In this document: one piece after another, positions 38,726-46,800 of the stretch
Layout: each line of letters begins with the position of its first letter
Numbering within the stretch: the stretch's first letter is position 1
IMG/VR virus record: IMGVR_UViG_3300043451_000038
Location: 1 to 53,384 of that record
Length of the DNA: 53,384 bases
Source of the DNA: a virus
Lineage: Duplodnaviria; Caudoviricetes
Strand: one strand, 5' to 3'
The notes under the pieces: model-generated
Told to the model about the DNA's origin: nothing
The model's input: the letters and a program-made list of their open reading frames with translations, nothing else
Database searches by the model: none
Program-made: the position numbers and the translations under genes

Positions 38726-39109
38726 ATGATTAAGACGATTAACAGTAACGGCAGATACATTGAAGTTATGGGCGGCGGCGCAACAGGCGGCCCCTCTAGA
38801 AACTACGGTTCATCTAATCATATGCAAGGCTCTATGATGTATGACCTAGAAGCACAATGTATCAAAGTCTATGATGGTCAAAGCTGGATCGTCTTACATG
38901 GTTCTCATGCTACTATCAATCTATCATACGAAGCAGAATCCTTACTCAACTGGGCAAGACAAAAGCGTGACGAAGAACACGCACGTTCTAAGATTGTTGA
39001 ACAGTATCCTCAATTAGAGGATGCTAGTAAGAGTCTTGCTGAAAAGATTGAAGAGTTTGAACTATTAGTCACCCTAGCAAAAGCACACAAAACAAAGGAA
39101 CAACAATGA
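38726..39109 (+). CDS. Hypothetical protein
   Basis: 127-aa ORF in an operon. Confidence 0.7.
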   Translation: MIKTINSNGRYIEVMGGGATGGPSRNYGSSNHMQGSMMYDLEAQCIKVYDGQSWIVLHGSHATINLSYEAESLLNWARQKRDEEHARSKIVEQYPQLEDASKSLAEKIEEFELLVTLAKAHKTKEQQ

Positions 39110-39465
39110 GTGAACAACGTGAGATGGCTCTAGCAGAGCAACGAGCCCGTGTAATCACTGCCGCCGAGAAGTTCTATGGTATCACTATGGACTTTTCAGG
39201 CATCGAATTTATGTTTGACTTAGCAGCCAAGACAGGCGACACTATTGACTTTCAAACAGTCCGCGAATCTGTAGTTAATTATCTAGACTCACTAGATAAA
39301 GAAACTACGCCCTCCTTTGAGGAACTCTGTGATGGCATTTATCTTGTCATTGGCAGAGTACACTCAGAGCGTGATATTACTATCAGTGCTTACAATCGTG
39401 ACACTGGTATTAGCTTCACGAAAAATTACTATCTATACAAACCTAACTTAACAATCGCTGTTTAA
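39106..39465 (+). CDS. Hypothetical protein
   Basis: 119-aa ORF with ATGA overlap and AAGGA RBS. Confidence 0.7.
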   Translation: MSEQREMALAEQRARVITAAEKFYGITMDFSGIEFMFDLAAKTGDTIDFQTVRESVVNYLDSLDKETTPSFEELCDGIYLVIGRVHSERDITISAYNRDTGISFTKNYYLYKPNLTIAV

Positions 39466-39477
39466 AAGGAAATCAAA

Positions 39478-39699
39478 ATGGCAAAACCTACATTCGCTCC
39501 TAACCCTAAAGTCCGTCAGATTCTAAACGACCTAGAACTTTATCGTGAATTCTGTATCGACTATGGTTACAAGTTCGATGAATCATCACTCTATGATATG
39601 CGCAACTACGCATTTCAACAATTCTCGAAGTACTCCGCAGGCAAGAACTTCAAGGATCAATGGGCTGATGACGCTCGTAAGCTAGGATGTAACATCTAA
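39478..39699 (+). CDS. Hypothetical protein
   Basis: 73-aa ORF with AAGGA RBS. Confidence 0.7.
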   Translation: MAKPTFAPNPKVRQILNDLELYREFCIDYGYKFDESSLYDMRNYAFQQFSKYSAGKNFKDQWADDARKLGCNI

Positions 39700-39920
39700 T
39701 GACTAAGCCCGTTGATCGTCCAACATACTACGACTTATATTTCGTAGTACAGAAATCATCTACAGGGTTATTCTCTCTAGCTGGTCCTGGTGCGACTATC
39801 AACGGGACTTTGTTAGGTACGGGCGTATACTCTACCCTAGATGACGCACAAGAAGAACAAACAGTACAGTTACTCAAAGGTAACAAAGTAGAGATTTTTC
39901 ACATCGAATACCCTGTATGA
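39699..39920 (+). CDS. Hypothetical protein
   Basis: 73-aa ORF with TAATG coupling. Confidence 0.65.
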   Translation: MTKPVDRPTYYDLYFVVQKSSTGLFSLAGPGATINGTLLGTGVYSTLDDAQEEQTVQLLKGNKVEIFHIEYPV

Positions 39921-40387
39921 TTTTCAATAAAATTAAAGAACTAAAAGACCAAGGCAAGACCATTGGCATTACATTCTCTACATTCGATATGCTACACGCT
40001 GGCCATATCGCTATGTTGAGCGAAGCTAAGAATCATTGTGACTACTTAATCGCTGGCTTACAAACAGACCCAACGATTGATCGTCCTGATACTAAGAACA
40101 AACCTATTCAGTCGGTAGTAGAGCGCCAGATTCAACTAAGTGCTTGCCGCTTTGTTGATGAAATCGTCGTTTATCAAACTGAGCAAGACCTACGAGACTT
40201 GATTCTTATTCTACCGCTAGATGTTCGCATCCTAGGCGTAGAGTATCAGAGTCAAGATTTCTCAGGCCGTAAAGAGTGTACCGACCGTAATATCAAGTGT
40301 ATCTTCAACAGTCGTGACCATTCATTCTCTTCTTCAAGTCTACGCAAACGTGTGGCAGAAGCAGAACAAACTAAAAAGACTAAATGA
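39917..40387 (+). CDS. Cytidylyltransferase (glycerol-3-phosphate CT / TagD-like)
   Basis: TFDMLHAGH (HxGH), DYLIAGL, ER...VDE, R....SSS.LR. Confidence 0.85.
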   Translation: MIFNKIKELKDQGKTIGITFSTFDMLHAGHIAMLSEAKNHCDYLIAGLQTDPTIDRPDTKNKPIQSVVERQIQLSACRFVDEIVVYQTEQDLRDLILILPLDVRILGVEYQSQDFSGRKECTDRNIKCIFNSRDHSFSSSSLRKRVAEAEQTKKTK

Positions 40388-40442
40388 GCTATTTATTTCG
40401 GTAAGCCAGGTATGCCATGGTAACGTTTGGATCTATTCTAAC

Positions 40443-40471
40443 TTGACTGACCATGTAGAATATGCTATACT
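40443..40471 (+). promoter_or_regulatory. sigma70-like promoter
   Basis: TTGACT 40443-40448, 17-nt spacer, TG.TATACT 40466-40471. Confidence 0.7.
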
Positions 40472-40503
40472 GAATGTAACACATTTCATTTAAAAAGGTA
40501 ATT

Positions 40504-41340
40504 ATGATTTTTAATAATATTCTAGAAGCAGATAATAAATCAGTACAAGCTGATCTACTTGCCCGTTGTAACAGCATTAAGCAAATTAACGTTCAACGGA
40601 TTGCCACTCTGGCAAATGACCACTGTAAAGCAACGAACGATCCTAAAAATATTCCTATGCCAGCGGCTTTACAGGCTCTATTCGACCAATGGTACGCTTC
40701 GTTACCAACTGGCACACCGGATTATTCTGTGTACGGTCATGACGACTATATCGCTGAACTATGGGCTTGCTGGAAAGTATACAGTAAGCAACATCTGCGA
40801 AATATTCAAAAGCCAAACTCACTGGTGACACATAGTATTGTTAGTTCTCATATGAATGACAAAGTTATGGTAGACTTAGGTTGTGGCTTTGCTTATACTA
40901 CTGCCGCGATTACTCAGATTTTCCCAGAAGCTAAAGTATACGGTACTAACTTAGACGGTACTCTACAGATGGATGTAGCTAAGCAAATGGCTATAGATTA
41001 TGGGTTTACTATGAGAGGCGATCCTGGTGAGTTGAGCGAAGAGGTCGACTTGGCATTTGCTAGTGAATACTTCGAGCATTTTGATAAACCAATTGACCAT
41101 CTAGATTATGTAGTTCAGACAATCAATCCAAAAGCTATGCTAATTGCCAACGCATTCGGACCAAAAGCAATTGGTCATTTTGATTTCTATGATGTGAAGG
41201 TGAACGATATCATCGGATATGAAAAGACCACAGCCAAAGCAACTGGCAAATTGTTCAATGAGCGTATGAAGCATCACGGATACGTCAAAGTTAAGACAAA
41301 ATTGTGGAATAATCGCCCTGCCTACTGGGTAAAAAAGTAA
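40504..41340 (+). CDS. Class I SAM-dependent methyltransferase
   Basis: MVDLGCGFAY motif I; DLAFASEYFEH. Confidence 0.75.
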   Translation: MIFNNILEADNKSVQADLLARCNSIKQINVQRIATLANDHCKATNDPKNIPMPAALQALFDQWYASLPTGTPDYSVYGHDDYIAELWACWKVYSKQHLRNIQKPNSLVTHSIVSSHMNDKVMVDLGCGFAYTTAAITQIFPEAKVYGTNLDGTLQMDVAKQMAIDYGFTMRGDPGELSEEVDLAFASEYFEHFDKPIDHLDYVVQTINPKAMLIANAFGPKAIGHFDFYDVKVNDIIGYEKTTAKATGKLFNERMKHHGYVKVKTKLWNNRPAYWVKK

Positions 41341-41353
41341 TACTTTAGTGCTA

Positions 41354-41382
41354 TTGACAATAAATTCCATTTATGATACAAT
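41354..41382 (+). promoter_or_regulatory. sigma70-like promoter
   Basis: TTGACA 41354-41359, 17-nt spacer, TG.TACAAT 41377-41382. Confidence 0.75.
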
Positions 41383-41413
41383 ACTTGTATTGAGAATGAA
41401 ATTGGAGAAGTAA

Positions 41414-42367
41414 ATGAGCAAGCGTACCAAAAACTACAGTGATATTGTTGAACTGGTAAATCAGGGAAAAGTCAGACCAGAGAATAGGAATTCAGAAGCT
41501 GGAATTTCTATTCACTTGTTTAATGATAAATGCGTTGCCAATGGTTACTCTCCTGATTTTTATTTAAACAAAGAAAATACCAAGGGCGTTAGTTCTATAA
41601 ACAATTATAGTGTTCGTGGGAAAAAAATTATTTCTCCAGTGGAACTCACGGCTAAAGACAAACAATTACGAGCAGATATCAATATCTATTCACTGAGTAC
41701 TGAGCGCCAAAATGCTCTACTCGAGGAAATGTCAGCCAAAAATTTCTCATATGAACATACTGGCGAAACTAAAGGTAAGGGTAGTGACAAGGGTAAGTGT
41801 CGTATTAAGTGTAAAGACCTGGATCAATTCTTCGAAATTGTTGATGCTGTTGCTAACATTGACGAGTTGGTAGCAAAAAGTTCTGGCGGTGGAGTTCGCA
41901 TTGCCACGCAACTGTGTGAACTTTCGGAAGCTGATGAAAATCATTTCTTGTCTACAGCCGCAACATATAAGGTTGCGATTGAAACAAAGAATCAACGACT
42001 CTTGAATAACTTCCGGACACTGCTCGGCGCTGACAGCATCGATCATATGATTACTAAAGGTTGGTCTGACGAATACAAAACGCTCTGTCACGATGACGAG
42101 AAGCAAGAAAAATCACGCCGTGAACACGTAGTGCCATGTGTTCGTATTCATAATCGTGTGATTGAAATGTTCCAGTCCGGTTCAACTATTGAAGAAGTCG
42201 CTGAGTTTATCGAAAAGCATTTGGTTATTGTTATGATATCCGACCGTCAACGTATTCATGTTGACAATACCCTCAGTCTCCGTGATAGTATGCCTGAGAA
42301 TTGGACCTGGGGTGATGATATCTACGCTAGATTGACTGCGGCTAGTATTACTTGGCAAAAAATCTAA
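41414..42367 (+). CDS. Hypothetical protein with possible C-terminal His-Me-finger-like domain
   Basis: 317 aa; GGAG RBS; RREHVVP...L..SMP..W..GD..YARL. Confidence 0.6.
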   Translation: MSKRTKNYSDIVELVNQGKVRPENRNSEAGISIHLFNDKCVANGYSPDFYLNKENTKGVSSINNYSVRGKKIISPVELTAKDKQLRADINIYSLSTERQNALLEEMSAKNFSYEHTGETKGKGSDKGKCRIKCKDLDQFFEIVDAVANIDELVAKSSGGGVRIATQLCELSEADENHFLSTAATYKVAIETKNQRLLNNFRTLLGADSIDHMITKGWSDEYKTLCHDDEKQEKSRREHVVPCVRIHNRVIEMFQSGSTIEEVAEFIEKHLVIVMISDRQRIHVDNTLSLRDSMPENWTWGDDIYARLTAASITWQKI

Positions 42368-42400
42368 ATCTACAAGGCTTAGGCCTTGTAGATTATCTTT
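42367..42400. terminator. 12-bp perfect hairpin terminator between convergent genes
   Basis: AATCTACAAGGC-ttag-GCCTTGTAGATT (42367-42394). Confidence 0.85.
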
Positions 42401-42995
42401 TTCCTATAACTTCTTTTAGATTACTTACATATGAATTAAATGCTTGAGCCTTTTCACTGTAGGCAAAAGTTTTAACATCAACGTGATTGATTCGGTTTCT
42501 ATCACTGGAATCCAGGATCATTAGTTCCGTTCTCCAAAACATTTCTGATTCCACGGTATCTTGAATCACAGAAAGTTGTGCTTTTAAGTTATCACGATTT
42601 TTATAACTGAGGTACTTGTGAATGTATCGTTCGCCTCGAATCTCATCTCCTCCAGTTTTAACACCAGATCCAATTACATTGGTGCCCTGGGGGATAATGT
42701 CACCTAACTTTTTATTGAGGTCTTCCATCTCACTGGCAGCCTTCTCTCGCTCATTGCCATATGCTCGATTGGATGCTCTAGGATCTGAGGTTCTTAATCT
42801 CAATTCAATAGCTCTTTTTAAATTTTCTAGACCAGGACGAGATTCTATGTTTGCTTTGAACTGTAATAATTCCTTTGTGCCATATCTGCCAGCCTGAATT
42901 TTAGCAATTTCGTCTTCTTCTCTGCCTTCGAATATACTTACTGATTCTGATAAATCTTGAATAATATCAAGATATTTTCTAAAAATGTTACCCAT
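42393..42995 (-). CDS. Hypothetical protein, probably late/virion-internal
   Basis: GAGAGGA RBS before ATG 42995; TAAATA on the minus strand at 43019-43024; begins MGNIFRKYLDIIQDLSES. Confidence 0.7.
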   Translation of the reverse strand: MGNIFRKYLDIIQDLSESVSIFEGREEDEIAKIQAGRYGTKELLQFKANIESRPGLENLKRAIELRLRTSDPRASNRAYGNEREKAASEMEDLNKKLGDIIPQGTNVIGSGVKTGGDEIRGERYIHKYLSYKNRDNLKAQLSVIQDTVESEMFWRTELMILDSSDRNRINHVDVKTFAYSEKAQAFNSYVSNLKEVIGKR

Positions 42996-43036
42996 GGATA
43001 ATCCTCTCTTGTATAAACTATTTATCATTTTCAACT

Positions 43037-43076
43037 CTCCAATAACTATTGACATCTAAGAACTTTGTGGTATAAT
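43037..43076 (+). promoter_or_regulatory. sigma70 consensus promoter with TCCAATA box
   Basis: TTGACA 43049-43054, 16-nt spacer, TG.TATAAT 43071-43076; ATG 7 nt downstream. Confidence 0.8.
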
Positions 43077-43083
43077 AGAACAC

Positions 43084-44118
43084 ATGACTGCCCATACTAC
43101 ACCCAAAATTGGTTTCGCTTGTAAATGGATCGACCATCCCCATCAGGTGAATGGCGTCGGTGCTAAAGACGATGCTAAAAAATACAACACGGGCACTACT
43201 ACAGTTGCCTGGCTAAATAGACAAAGCAAAGACGTTGCTGAAGAAAAGCTATGGTCAATTATGAAGGCCAACTTAGAAGCGGTGCGTATGCTGGTAGATC
43301 GTGTAGGAGACCTCCCCCTTGCTCAACGTATGCTTAGACTTAGCAGTGATATTCTTCCTGTGTACACTCATCGGGACTGGAGTTATTTTTATCAGCGTTC
43401 TGACGTTCGAGCTTTCCTCGGAGCTAACTTTGCGAGAGTGGGTGATATTGGACGCAACAAGCAAGTACGCCTGTCTTTTCACCCTGGGCAGTTTTGTGTG
43501 TTGGCTAGCGATAATCCTGGTATCGTTGCTAATTCTATAGAAGAGTTTGAGTATCACGTAGACATGGCTCGTATGATGGGCTATGGCAAAACATTTCAGG
43601 ATTTCAAAATCAATGTTCATATCTCAGGTAAACAAGGTCCGCAAGGTGTTATCCGAGCTTTATCTCGCATGTCACCAGAAGCACGAAACACAATCACAAT
43701 CGAGAACGAAGAAAACGCCTGGGGCATTGACTCAGCAATCGAACTCGCAGACCATTGTGCCCTTGTACTCGACATACACCATCACTGGTGCCGTGAAGGT
43801 ACATACATTCAGCCCACCGACGATAGATATAAGCGTGTGATTGATTCATGGCGCGGCGTTCGTCCTGTGCTACACTACTCATACAGTCGTGATGAACATC
43901 TGCCTGTTGACTTCAAGCATGATGCTCTACCTGATATGAAGATTCTTCTTGAAAGTGGTCACAAGAAGCAGAAGCTACGTGCTCACTCTGACTTCTACCC
44001 TAACAAGGCAGCCAACGACTATGCTCTATCATTCTTAGAACATAGCGATATCATGTGCGAATCAAAAGGCAAGAACCTTGCCTCACAAGCATTGTATGAA
44101 AGTTTAGGAGTAAAATGA
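43084..44118 (+). CDS. uvsE: UV-damage endonuclease (UvsE/UvdE)
   Basis: IGFAC, RLSSD..P, RLSFHPGQF.VLAS, NVH, TIEN, LDIHH, AHSD, DIMCESK.K. Confidence 0.92.
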   Translation: MTAHTTPKIGFACKWIDHPHQVNGVGAKDDAKKYNTGTTTVAWLNRQSKDVAEEKLWSIMKANLEAVRMLVDRVGDLPLAQRMLRLSSDILPVYTHRDWSYFYQRSDVRAFLGANFARVGDIGRNKQVRLSFHPGQFCVLASDNPGIVANSIEEFEYHVDMARMMGYGKTFQDFKINVHISGKQGPQGVIRALSRMSPEARNTITIENEENAWGIDSAIELADHCALVLDIHHHWCREGTYIQPTDDRYKRVIDSWRGVRPVLHYSYSRDEHLPVDFKHDALPDMKILLESGHKKQKLRAHSDFYPNKAANDYALSFLEHSDIMCESKGKNLASQALYESLGVK

Positions 44119-44207
44119 TGGCATGGATTGGCGTGATACTATTGTTATTTCTGGGTCACCTTGGCTGGGCATTGTTTTTGTCGTTTCTTATCTTGATGGT
44201 TGAATGA
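44115..44207 (+). CDS. 30-aa hydrophobic membrane peptide
   Basis: MMAWIGVILLLFLGHLGWALFLSFLILMVE; AGGAG RBS; ATGA overlaps at both ends. Confidence 0.6.
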   Translation: MMAWIGVILLLFLGHLGWALFLSFLILMVE

Positions 44208-44458
44208 CTGTAGATATTGATGAGGGCAGAGTATACGGCAGTAGGTACTATTGTGCCAAGCCTGTATTCGACCCCTCTATTCATTACTTTGGTCATAATC
44301 AAGAGTGGGACAAGATGATTGGTTGGTGTGTAGAAACATTTGGCGCTACCGCACCTGATGGTGTATGGACACCCAATATGCGATGGTATGTAAACAATGC
44401 TAAGTTCTGGTTCAGAAACGACAGCGACTTGAATTTATTTTTATTGAGGTGGGCATGA
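44204..44458 (+). CDS. LRW-array protein 1 (ends FLLRWA)
   Basis: ORF track; internal WCVETFG. Confidence 0.8.
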   Translation: MTVDIDEGRVYGSRYYCAKPVFDPSIHYFGHNQEWDKMIGWCVETFGATAPDGVWTPNMRWYVNNAKFWFRNDSDLNLFLLRWA

Positions 44459-44706
44459 AGCGATACAAAGGTCATCTATACGAGACTGTTGAAGATTGGC
44501 ATGCGGTTGTTATCCAGTCTCCTAAAGATTTCTATGATAAGATTATTTATTTGCCGTCTTGGTTGTCCGAGCATTGCCCTGGTGCTGATGATGATTATGA
44601 TGCTTATGTGTATGCTGGTGATTCGTTGATGGACGCTAATCATAGAAGCATCTACTTCTTTAGAGATGAAACGGTCGCTGTATTATTCGCATTGAGGTGG
44701 GCATGA
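44455..44706 (+). CDS. LRW-array protein 2 (ends FALRWA)
   Basis: ATG within the ATGA junction. Confidence 0.8.
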   Translation: MKRYKGHLYETVEDWHAVVIQSPKDFYDKIIYLPSWLSEHCPGADDDYDAYVYAGDSLMDANHRSIYFFRDETVAVLFALRWA

Positions 44707-44945
44707 ACTTACAAGCAGTAATAAAAATGGTACAGAAACAGTATCGCCATGAGGGCCCTGATACGGGGTTCTTAACGGGTACTGAGCGTTATGTTTCTGG
44801 CAATCCAAAAATCGACTCACACTTACATTACCTAGAAACCAATTACGGCTTGCGTGTACACTTGAGTCACGATTACGGCCAGATTGAACGATACGAAATC
44901 ATTGATGATAACTTATATACCATCTTCTTACTCAAGTGGTCATGA
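44703..44945 (+). CDS. LRW-array protein 3 (ends FLLKWS)
   Basis: ATG within the ATGA junction. Confidence 0.75.
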   Translation: MNLQAVIKMVQKQYRHEGPDTGFLTGTERYVSGNPKIDSHLHYLETNYGLRVHLSHDYGQIERYEIIDDNLYTIFLLKWS

Positions 44946-45226
44946 AGATACTTTGGAACAGAAGCATTGGTGACAACAAGAGGTACAGAAAGTTGAAAGA
45001 CAACGTGGAATACACAATCATCGAAGACGGCGCCGACTGTTACCCATGGACTGAAACGTTCATATGGTGGCCAACAAAGTCGGTCATGGGTACGCCATTG
45101 TTCTGGGTAAAAGCATATAAGCGTAGAGTGTGGATCATGTGGGGCACAGGCTTTCACATGGAGCCACATGTACAGTATGCTACTGCTTTTGACTTGTTAG
45201 TGTATCAATCAAAGACGTTGAGATAG
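44942..45226 (+). CDS. Trp-rich small protein, second array family
   Basis: WTETFIWWPTK...G..LFW.KAY; similar to 47003-47263. Confidence 0.7.
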   Translation: MKILWNRSIGDNKRYRKLKDNVEYTIIEDGADCYPWTETFIWWPTKSVMGTPLFWVKAYKRRVWIMWGTGFHMEPHVQYATAFDLLVYQSKTLR

Positions 45227-45228
45227 CA

Positions 45229-45411
45229 GTGAGAGAAACACTTGTTATCACTGACCGCATCACATGGTGGGAACGCTGTGAATGGATCAAAGCAAACTGT
45301 CCTGATGCTCAAGATTGGACGAATTGGGACTTGTGGCAACTAGGTCAAGATGATATAATATACAACGTCCGTGAATGTGACGCAACGATTTATTATTTGA
45401 GGTGGGCATGA
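45229..45411 (+). CDS. LRW-array protein 4 (ends YYLRWA)
   Basis: GTG start; WIKANCP. Confidence 0.75.
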   Translation: MRETLVITDRITWWERCEWIKANCPDAQDWTNWDLWQLGQDDIIYNVRECDATIYYLRWA

Positions 45412-45593
45412 AAAAGCATAAAATTCCAAGAGCAACACCAGAAGACATGGAACGCCTAGAGCGTGAAGCAAAACGCTACAAGCGTGAGCGCAGTCGACCT
45501 TATCCTGATCTTGCTGAGTTCGATGGCGATGACAGAAAAGAAATCAAGCGTGAGTTAGGTTACTCACGTGTAGGTATGTGGGGCCGCCGTTGA
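45408..45593 (+). CDS. Small charged hypothetical protein
   Basis: ATG within the junction. Confidence 0.65.
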   Translation: MKKHKIPRATPEDMERLEREAKRYKRERSRPYPDLAEFDGDDRKEIKRELGYSRVGMWGRR

Positions 45594-45841
45594 CACCGCT
45601 GCCAGGCACAAAAGTTTTTGCTGAGCGACATGGCTTGAAACTAGTCGGCGATGCTCGTGATATCATGGTACCTAACAAGTATCAGAGTGAAGTGCTACGC
45701 TGGTGCGCAGAGAACGGCATAGTAGTAGAAGTATATGCTCGTGACTCTAGTGATGCTATGGCACAACGACTATTCAATGTCAACTTATGGCGAGTAAAAG
45801 ATGAAGCACACAGAACCTTATTCATATTGAGGTGGGCATGA
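45590..45841 (+). CDS. LRW-array protein 5 (ends FILRWA)
   Basis: TTG start overlapping the upstream TGA (or GTG 45578); WCAENG. Confidence 0.75.
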   Translation: MTPLPGTKVFAERHGLKLVGDARDIMVPNKYQSEVLRWCAENGIVVEVYARDSSDAMAQRLFNVNLWRVKDEAHRTLFILRWA

Positions 45842-46044
45842 GCAGTAAAGAAGAGCAAGAGAACTTAGTTAGAATGTTAAAAGAACAGCCTTTATTATCA
45901 GAGCGCCCTTTCTGGTGTAGCATTGGGTTTCACAAGTGGCAACGATGGAATGAACCGCGCCGGTCACCATCAAGCATTTATATTCGTCAATCTCGTTACT
46001 GTGATGCTTGTAATATATACGATGAGCGAAAGACGCAGGAATGA
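45838..46044 (+). CDS. Small putative Zn-binding protein
   Basis: CSIGFHKW...CDAC. Confidence 0.65.
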   Translation: MSSKEEQENLVRMLKEQPLLSERPFWCSIGFHKWQRWNEPRRSPSSIYIRQSRYCDACNIYDERKTQE

Positions 46045-46391
46045 AATCGATATTTGATTGGATAAAAACAAAATACAAGGGCAAAATAGAGATCGAACGT
46101 GTGCCTCTGCCAGGTGAGTCTGATAGTTATTTCACATTCACAGAAATAGAAGGTAGCAGAAAATTAGGAATGCTCAACTACAAAGTAGTTAATAATCAGA
46201 ACGAGTGTGTGCTGTATGCTGGCAATCACATTGCTGTTGATGTTAGAATTCGTGATGTATCTCCGTGGGTAGAAGCACAAGATGTGTCAATGTGGAAGTA
46301 CGCAGAAGAAGATGATGGTTGCCACGTGAGCTATATTCGGTATATAATATCGGAAGAACTTTATACTTTATTGGTGCTGAGATGGACGTAA
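46041..46391 (+). CDS. LRW-array protein 6 (ends SEELYTLLVLRWT)
   Basis: ORF track; ATGA overlap. Confidence 0.75.
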   Translation: MKSIFDWIKTKYKGKIEIERVPLPGESDSYFTFTEIEGSRKLGMLNYKVVNNQNECVLYAGNHIAVDVRIRDVSPWVEAQDVSMWKYAEEDDGCHVSYIRYIISEELYTLLVLRWT

Positions 46392-46597
46392 TGATATTAG
46401 AAAGTGCCATGGTAGATGGCACAAAATGGCACACAGTCAGTTGTACTCGGCAAGCTAGTATCTGGTTCAGACAGCAATTCGCCGAGCTAGAAGATATCGA
46501 CTGGCATCAAAACATCGATCAAAACTGGATGGTCAACTTTAATGTATTCGATATGAGCGAAGAACTGTACACATTGTTAGTATTGAGGTGGTCATGA
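46391..46597 (+). CDS. LRW-array protein 7 (ends SEELYTLLVLRWS)
   Basis: TAATG coupling; in frame with ORF 46319. Confidence 0.75.
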   Translation: MILESAMVDGTKWHTVSCTRQASIWFRQQFAELEDIDWHQNIDQNWMVNFNVFDMSEELYTLLVLRWS

Positions 46598-46800
46598 AGT
46601 ACTGGAACAAAGATAAACACGTTCGTCAGAGGCATTGGACGAAGGTTACCAGAAAGCCAGGTATTGCTGGCAATCAAGAAATAAAGCGTTGGTGTCAATT
46701 ACAATCAAGTACTGGTAGATTCTACTTCTACTATGGCTCTAATAGTTGGTGGTTTGAACATGACGCAGACGCTACGTTATTTGTTTTACGGTGGTCATAA
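46594..46800 (+). CDS. LRW-array protein 8 (ends FVLRWS)
   Basis: ATG within the junction; WCQ...WWFEHDADATLF. Confidence 0.8.
   Translation: MKYWNKDKHVRQRHWTKVTRKPGIAGNQEIKRWCQLQSSTGRFYFYYGSNSWWFEHDADATLFVLRWS

Noticed and set aside
40389-40577. 62-aa minus-strand ORF
   Set aside because: Overlaps the methyltransferase start and its promoter; no RBS or recognisable motif.
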